NCBI GenBank assembly: GCA_963754925.1
Contig: CAVWHX010000003.1
Span: 448,001-512,000 of the forward strand
Direction: 5' to 3'
From: an uncultured delta proteobacterium
GTDB taxonomy: Bacteria > Myxococcota > B64-G9
Length of the DNA: 64,000 nt
The position numbers were made by a program, and so were the translations under genes. Shown one piece after another: positions 59,872 to 64,000 of this stretch. Within the stretch, counting starts at the first letter, position 1. Each line of letters opens with the position of its first letter. The notes under the pieces were generated by a model. That model searched no databases. It had not been told where the DNA came from and saw nothing but the letters and a program-made list of their open reading frames with translations.

Positions 59872-60502
59872 TTAGTCCTTTGCCGCACTAAGAATCTTCT
59901 TTGCTTCCATTTTCTCGGCGCGATCGAAGAAAATGTTCTTTCCCGTAGCAGAGAGGAATCCCCAATATCAGATCGCATGGTTTTAGTAATCCCAAGCGTA
60001 ACGCTGCAACGCCGACTTTCTGCATCATGCGATTGTCGACATTATTATCCATGGCTGTTTTTACAGCCGAGCCCGCCGCAATGCTCAAATCCATGATCCG
60101 ATACATACAATACGGACCCGAAAACCCTCCCCCCTTGATTGAGAGCGGCTTTTGCTTAAGCATTTCCGAACAAGTTGAGAAACCACATCCTCCACAATTG
60201 ATGGTAACTACTTTGCGTCCTTGGACTCCAATAAGAAACAAAAGACCTGAGTTCTCCACCGCTTGCGCATCGCTCATCCAATCAATTCGGGTAGCGACTC
60301 CCCGTTTTAAGTTCGTTTTAGAGTAGGCTTTTTCTTTCATCTTCCCCAGCCGCTGCATCATTCTAGAAATATCCTTCTTTTCTTTTACTGTTGCTATTTC
60401 TGTTGTTATCCAATCCGCTCCACCTGTTTTCGGCGCCGTTCGTGCTGCAATCGCCATCAGTTGAGCGACGATCGTTAAACCCTCTTTATCAAGCGCGTTC
60501 AT
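59872..60502 (-). CDS. Ferredoxin-like domain protein (DUF2148-type; apparent 2-nt deletion near 59950)
   Basis: AARTAPK, NCGGCGFSTC, DLSIAAGSA, VDNRM; restoring TC in the CT repeat gives the conserved GIPLSATGKNIFFDR ending at TAA 59872. Confidence 0.8.
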
Positions 60503-60633
60503 AATTGCCCCACCGATAATAAAAATTAATTAATTTCGAGTGATTGAGTAGAGTTGCAAACCTCTCGATCCAACGTCTGATGCTGTTAATACCGAGGATC
60601 AGGTACTCATGGAAGCGGGCACGCACACAATGA

Positions 60634-61140
60634 CTAAAATTCAAAACTCAACACCACGTCCTTTTTTTCTTTATTCAGCATATCCGGTTTAAGCGTGGAC
60701 TCGAGCGTGCCGTGGACGATGGACTTAGGACCAACCGAGGTAATCTTGAGGGCCATGGCGCCGACCGGCGGCGACAGTTTCTTGGGTCCGAACATCGGGG
60801 GCTTCGTGCTGGCGGTGGCGCTAAAGCTGTTGCCGTCCTTGTCGTGCTTGTCGCGGGCCATGAGCGAAACGCTATCCACGTCGTTGATGGTGTAGATCTT
60901 GTTGAGCACCGGCTGGCCCTCAAAGGAGACCGTCCCACCGAAATCCACCGGCAGGCTGCTGCTTCCGCCAAGGACCAGTATCCAACCGTTGAGATTCTGT
61001 AACTCGGCCCTGCAGGCAAACGACTTCTCCAGACCGCCCGTGATCTTCACCGTGCAGGAACCCTCGTCCTTAGCAGTAGCGATAACCGCGGGCATGAACG
61101 CCAAAGCAAAAACTGCCAACAGGATACGTATGTTGTTCAT
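60634..61140 (-). CDS. Hypothetical secreted protein
   Basis: GGAG RBS; signal peptide MNNIRILLAVFALAFMPAVIA; beta-rich mature part. Confidence 0.75.
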   Translation of the reverse strand: MNNIRILLAVFALAFMPAVIATAKDEGSCTVKITGGLEKSFACRAELQNLNGWILVLGGSSSLPVDFGGTVSFEGQPVLNKIYTINDVDSVSLMARDKHDKDGNSFSATASTKPPMFGPKKLSPPVGAMALKITSVGPKSIVHGTLESTLKPDMLNKEKKDVVLSFEF

Positions 61141-61281
61141 TGGTATATCTCCCTCGTTCGTTAGGTATGTCGTGCCCGGACCGTAGCACGATGCTGGTGC
61201 AAAAACAAACAGCTCCTTAGGGGACGCTTCCGCAGTTTGTCTCGCGACCAGGAAGATTTGGGGTACTTTTCAGTTAGGCCA

Positions 61282-62547
61282 TCACGGAACACAGGTTGCA
61301 CCCGTGCAATGTGTCAGGACTGTGGCACAGGGCACGTCACCGGGCAGCTTAATAAGAGTTACCGGAACAGCGCTGGAATTAGGCACGACGTTGAGTACTC
61401 CCGTCGCACCGTCCGTGCTGCCGAAGATGTAGCCGTTTATCGGGAAGCTGGTAGTGCCGCTGATGGTGTTCGCGTCGGTCAGCACCATATTGGCCATCGA
61501 TATATTCATGGTCAGACCAGCATACGCAGTGAGGTTCAGCGCCCCATTAACAAGGTGGATCGTGAGCGTGATGCCACAAATGCCATCGCCGTCCGAATCA
61601 ACCATTCCGCAAGGGCAATCAAAGAGGGAATAGGTTGGTATCGGACTGATAGCCAGACAACCCACCGGGAGAGATCCACCCCAACCGCTGTTGATCGTGA
61701 AGCTCGGGAACGCAACGGTGTCGCCCACTTGGTAACACTTATACGCCTCCGATGCCGACCCGGTCAGCGACGCAAGCACCGCTGCCGAGTAGTCGACGCT
61801 AAACGGGATGGGACTAGTGGCGGTGGTACTCAGCGCGCAGATCTCAACCTTTGCGGTTTGAGTACCACTCGAGTTGGAGATAACCATCCGCTGTACAACA
61901 TCGATGCTGGCGCCGGTGAGCGTACCAACCGGGCTTGGCGCAGTAATGGTGCCCGTGGTCGTAAGGCGTGTGATCCATGTACCCGACAAAAAGGACGCGC
62001 AGCAAGGAATCATCCGGCAAGCAGAGTCGCAACAAGCGATGTTAGGCGGCTCACACTCTTCGCCGGTCTCGACCACGCCATTACCGCAGCAGGGTGTAAT
62101 CGCCGCGTTCACACATTGGGCCGTGCAGGTTCCGGCATTCTGCAACGTTGAGGTCGTGCAAGCATCGGGAGCAGTGCAGTTCGTTGGGCATGCGCCTGGT
62201 TGACCGGCCGGAATTGCGGTGTCGCAGGTCTCGCCGGTGTCCACCACCCCATTGCCGCAAGCGCAGGGCAAGATCGAGCACATCGCCGTACAGGTACCGG
62301 GGTTCACTAACATGCCGCTTGTGCAAGGATTGCCGTCACCGCAACTTACTGGGCACGCGCCCGGTTGACCAGCAGCGATTGCAATGTCACAGGTCTCCCC
62401 GGAATCCACCACACCGTTACCACATTTGTCAGCGGTCGGACAATCACCCAACAAGCAGGGAAGATTGATTGTACCGCAGGCTGAAAAGAGCGCTGCGCTC
62501 ATCACCATAACGGCTGCCAAGAAACCAATCCTTCTTTCCTTTTTCAT
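61282..62547 (-). CDS. Cysteine-rich surface lipoprotein with CGNGVV (myxobacterial-type) repeats
   Basis: Lipobox FSAC; two repeats of about 56 aa starting CGNGVVD(S/T)GETCD plus a third CGNGVVETGEECE. Confidence 0.85.
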   Translation of the reverse strand: MKKERRIGFLAAVMVMSAALFSACGTINLPCLLGDCPTADKCGNGVVDSGETCDIAIAAGQPGACPVSCGDGNPCTSGMLVNPGTCTAMCSILPCACGNGVVDTGETCDTAIPAGQPGACPTNCTAPDACTTSTLQNAGTCTAQCVNAAITPCCGNGVVETGEECEPPNIACCDSACRMIPCCASFLSGTWITRLTTTGTITAPSPVGTLTGASIDVVQRMVISNSSGTQTAKVEICALSTTATSPIPFSVDYSAAVLASLTGSASEAYKCYQVGDTVAFPSFTINSGWGGSLPVGCLAISPIPTYSLFDCPCGMVDSDGDGICGITLTIHLVNGALNLTAYAGLTMNISMANMVLTDANTISGTTSFPINGYIFGSTDGATGVLNVVPNSSAVPVTLIKLPGDVPCATVLTHCTGATCVP

Positions 62548-63072
62548 GGCATTCCTCCTAGGTTATGACTTGAATCTATGAACAGGCGGTCGAACTCGTC
62601 GGCCACCTCTGAGTCCGTACGATTGTTCTGTTCGACAAAATCCAACTATCTCACCTCGTCAGTTCCAAGGATGTACGAGATGATTTGGCTTGTATCGAAG
62701 TAGTGCGCGAGCGCGAACTGACTCTTATCGTTTGATTTGAAGATCAGAAAAATACAGCCTGTATATGAGAACTAGATAGAACACTTTATCTTTTCAGAGT
62801 CAATAGAAAACTTCGGTGAAGAAGTTATGGAGAGAACCAAGAGAACAGTTCACGCTTTCCGGGGATGGTTTATTTCTTAGAGAGCGAAAAGGTTCCCGGG
62901 CTATCAATCGAGATGTCGCCGGACATGGAAGTATTGTTGCTCAGGGTGCCGTCGAAATTCAGGAACACTAACCCACCGGTTGCACATTGACGATGACACT
63001 GAGTTCCAGCTCAACAGATTCAGGAGGCCCCACCGAGTCCGGAATAGATGGAAGAAATTTTCAAATATTTAT

Positions 63073-64000
63073 TCACAATCCTCTTCGTATACAGCGAACA
63101 TAACGTGAACTACTTTTAGGATCATAGCCGAAACCGCCACTGTAGAAAGACGCTATCCAAGCAAAATAATCGTTATAGTTGGATGAGGACCAATACAAGT
63201 TATCGGAAAAACCTACGATCGTGGATTTCATTTGATATAGTTGACTAAGTTCATCGCAAGAAGGGGGAAACCAATCCGCGTATCCGTTTCCTAAATCATG
63301 ACTATAGCAAAGCCTAGCAGCAATCCCAGTATCACTGCAACCATCCACGATAGCCTTGGTGTTAGATTTGCCGGCACCTATCCCTTTAGAATTAGACCCG
63401 GGAATTGCAGTACCATAACAACCCCATGGTGCACTGGTACTCTGGTCTGTTGCGGCTGCTTCTAGGTATTGCCATCCATCGGTAGCATAATTTGGGTTAT
63501 CATAGAACACTATGCCTCCTCCTGGACCGGTACTACCAACAGCATATTTACATTCACCACCTTGACAGGTTCTGTTTCCATCGCATGGAATGGAAATCCA
63601 AGTAGGACAGCCATTCTGATCCGGGCCACAGAGCTTTTTATTTTTTGTGTCAGCGCAATCTTTAGAGTTTGGTGTGCAAATAGCGGTGCAATCACCACAC
63701 ATCTTTCCATCACAAAGATTTTTAGGACATGGATTTATCCCTGAACTATCCCAGACAAGACAGTTGTAAGAATCTCTTTTACAATCATACACCTGAGCTT
63801 TGCCGAGTTGATATAGACTTAACTCGCATTTGCTGTCACCTGCCCCTCCACAAAGATTACCCGAGCAACAACTTATATTATCATTTTTACAATTGCTTGG
63901 ACATGATGTTCCATCCCATTTTACACAAGTACCAAAATAAGATTTACACGTGTATAGCATGTCATTTGTGCACTCAGTCTCATTTTCATTGGCTGTGGGG
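63073..64000 (-). CDS. Cys-rich protein with C-terminal DUF1566/Lcl-like (C-type-lectin-fold) domain; 5' end beyond the window
   Basis: Frame stays open past 63960 to the window end; YAVGSTGPGGGIVFY, YLEAA, DWFPPSCDEL, YWSSS..AW...F..G...K...VRCIR. Confidence 0.8.
   Translation of the reverse strand, partial: PTANENETECTNDMLYTCKSYFGTCVKWDGTSCPSNCKNDNISCCSGNLCGGAGDSKCELSLYQLGKAQVYDCKRDSYNCLVWDSSGINPCPKNLCDGKMCGDCTAICTPNSKDCADTKNKKLCGPDQNGCPTWISIPCDGNRTCQGGECKYAVGSTGPGGGIVFYDNPNYATDGWQYLEAAATDQSTSAPWGCYGTAIPGSNSKGIGAGKSNTKAIVDGCSDTGIAARLCYSHDLGNGYADWFPPSCDELSQLYQMKSTIVGFSDNLYWSSSNYNDYFAWIASFYSGGFGYDPKSSSRYVRCIRRGL

Noticed and set aside
62545..62560. ATGGCATTCCTCC matching part of the fluoride riboswitch consensus
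   Set aside because: It is the reverse complement of the RBS and start codon (GGAGGAATGCCATG); the 5' GGAG and the downstream pseudoknot are absent
62870..62990. Short minus-strand reading frame ...FLNFDGTLSNNTSMSGDISIDSPGTFSLSKK*
   Set aside because: May be a gene remnant but has no start and no recognisable family; not supportable

Overview
Bacterial chromosomal window, most likely from a Myxococcota/deltaproteobacterial-type organism (inferred from the DUF4388-like protein, CGNGVV cysteine-rich repeats and gene context). Positions 1-35.2 kb hold, all on the minus strand, the core translation/transcription supercluster: tRNA-Thr/Tyr/Gly/Thr-tuf-rpmG-tRNA-Trp-secE-nusG-rplKAJL-rpoBC-rpsLG-tuf-S10-spc-alpha. 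Two small uncharacterised ORFs and clpS-clpA follow it. The cluster lacks fusA, rplC, adk and infA. Both tuf copies look identical, have a non-canonical switch-I loop and a strongly G-skewed codon usage. A family of GNA-triloop hairpins sits in several spacers, and one of the small downstream ORFs is a stand-alone sigma-70 region-4-like protein. Positions 35.4-40.8 kb are housekeeping (rlmB-like, pyrF, DUF4388-like, ispG, TPR protein, YkgJ-like). Positions 40.8-64 kb are accessory: a recD remnant beside an AddB/AddA-like pair, a Lol-like ABC/outer-membrane transport operon, hydrolases, Fe-S proteins, a large MscS, two lipoproteins sharing a leader, and an AT-rich Cys-rich gene ending in a DGR-target-like domain. 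At least eight small frameshifts, six of them in five essential genes, most likely reflect sequencing or assembly indels.
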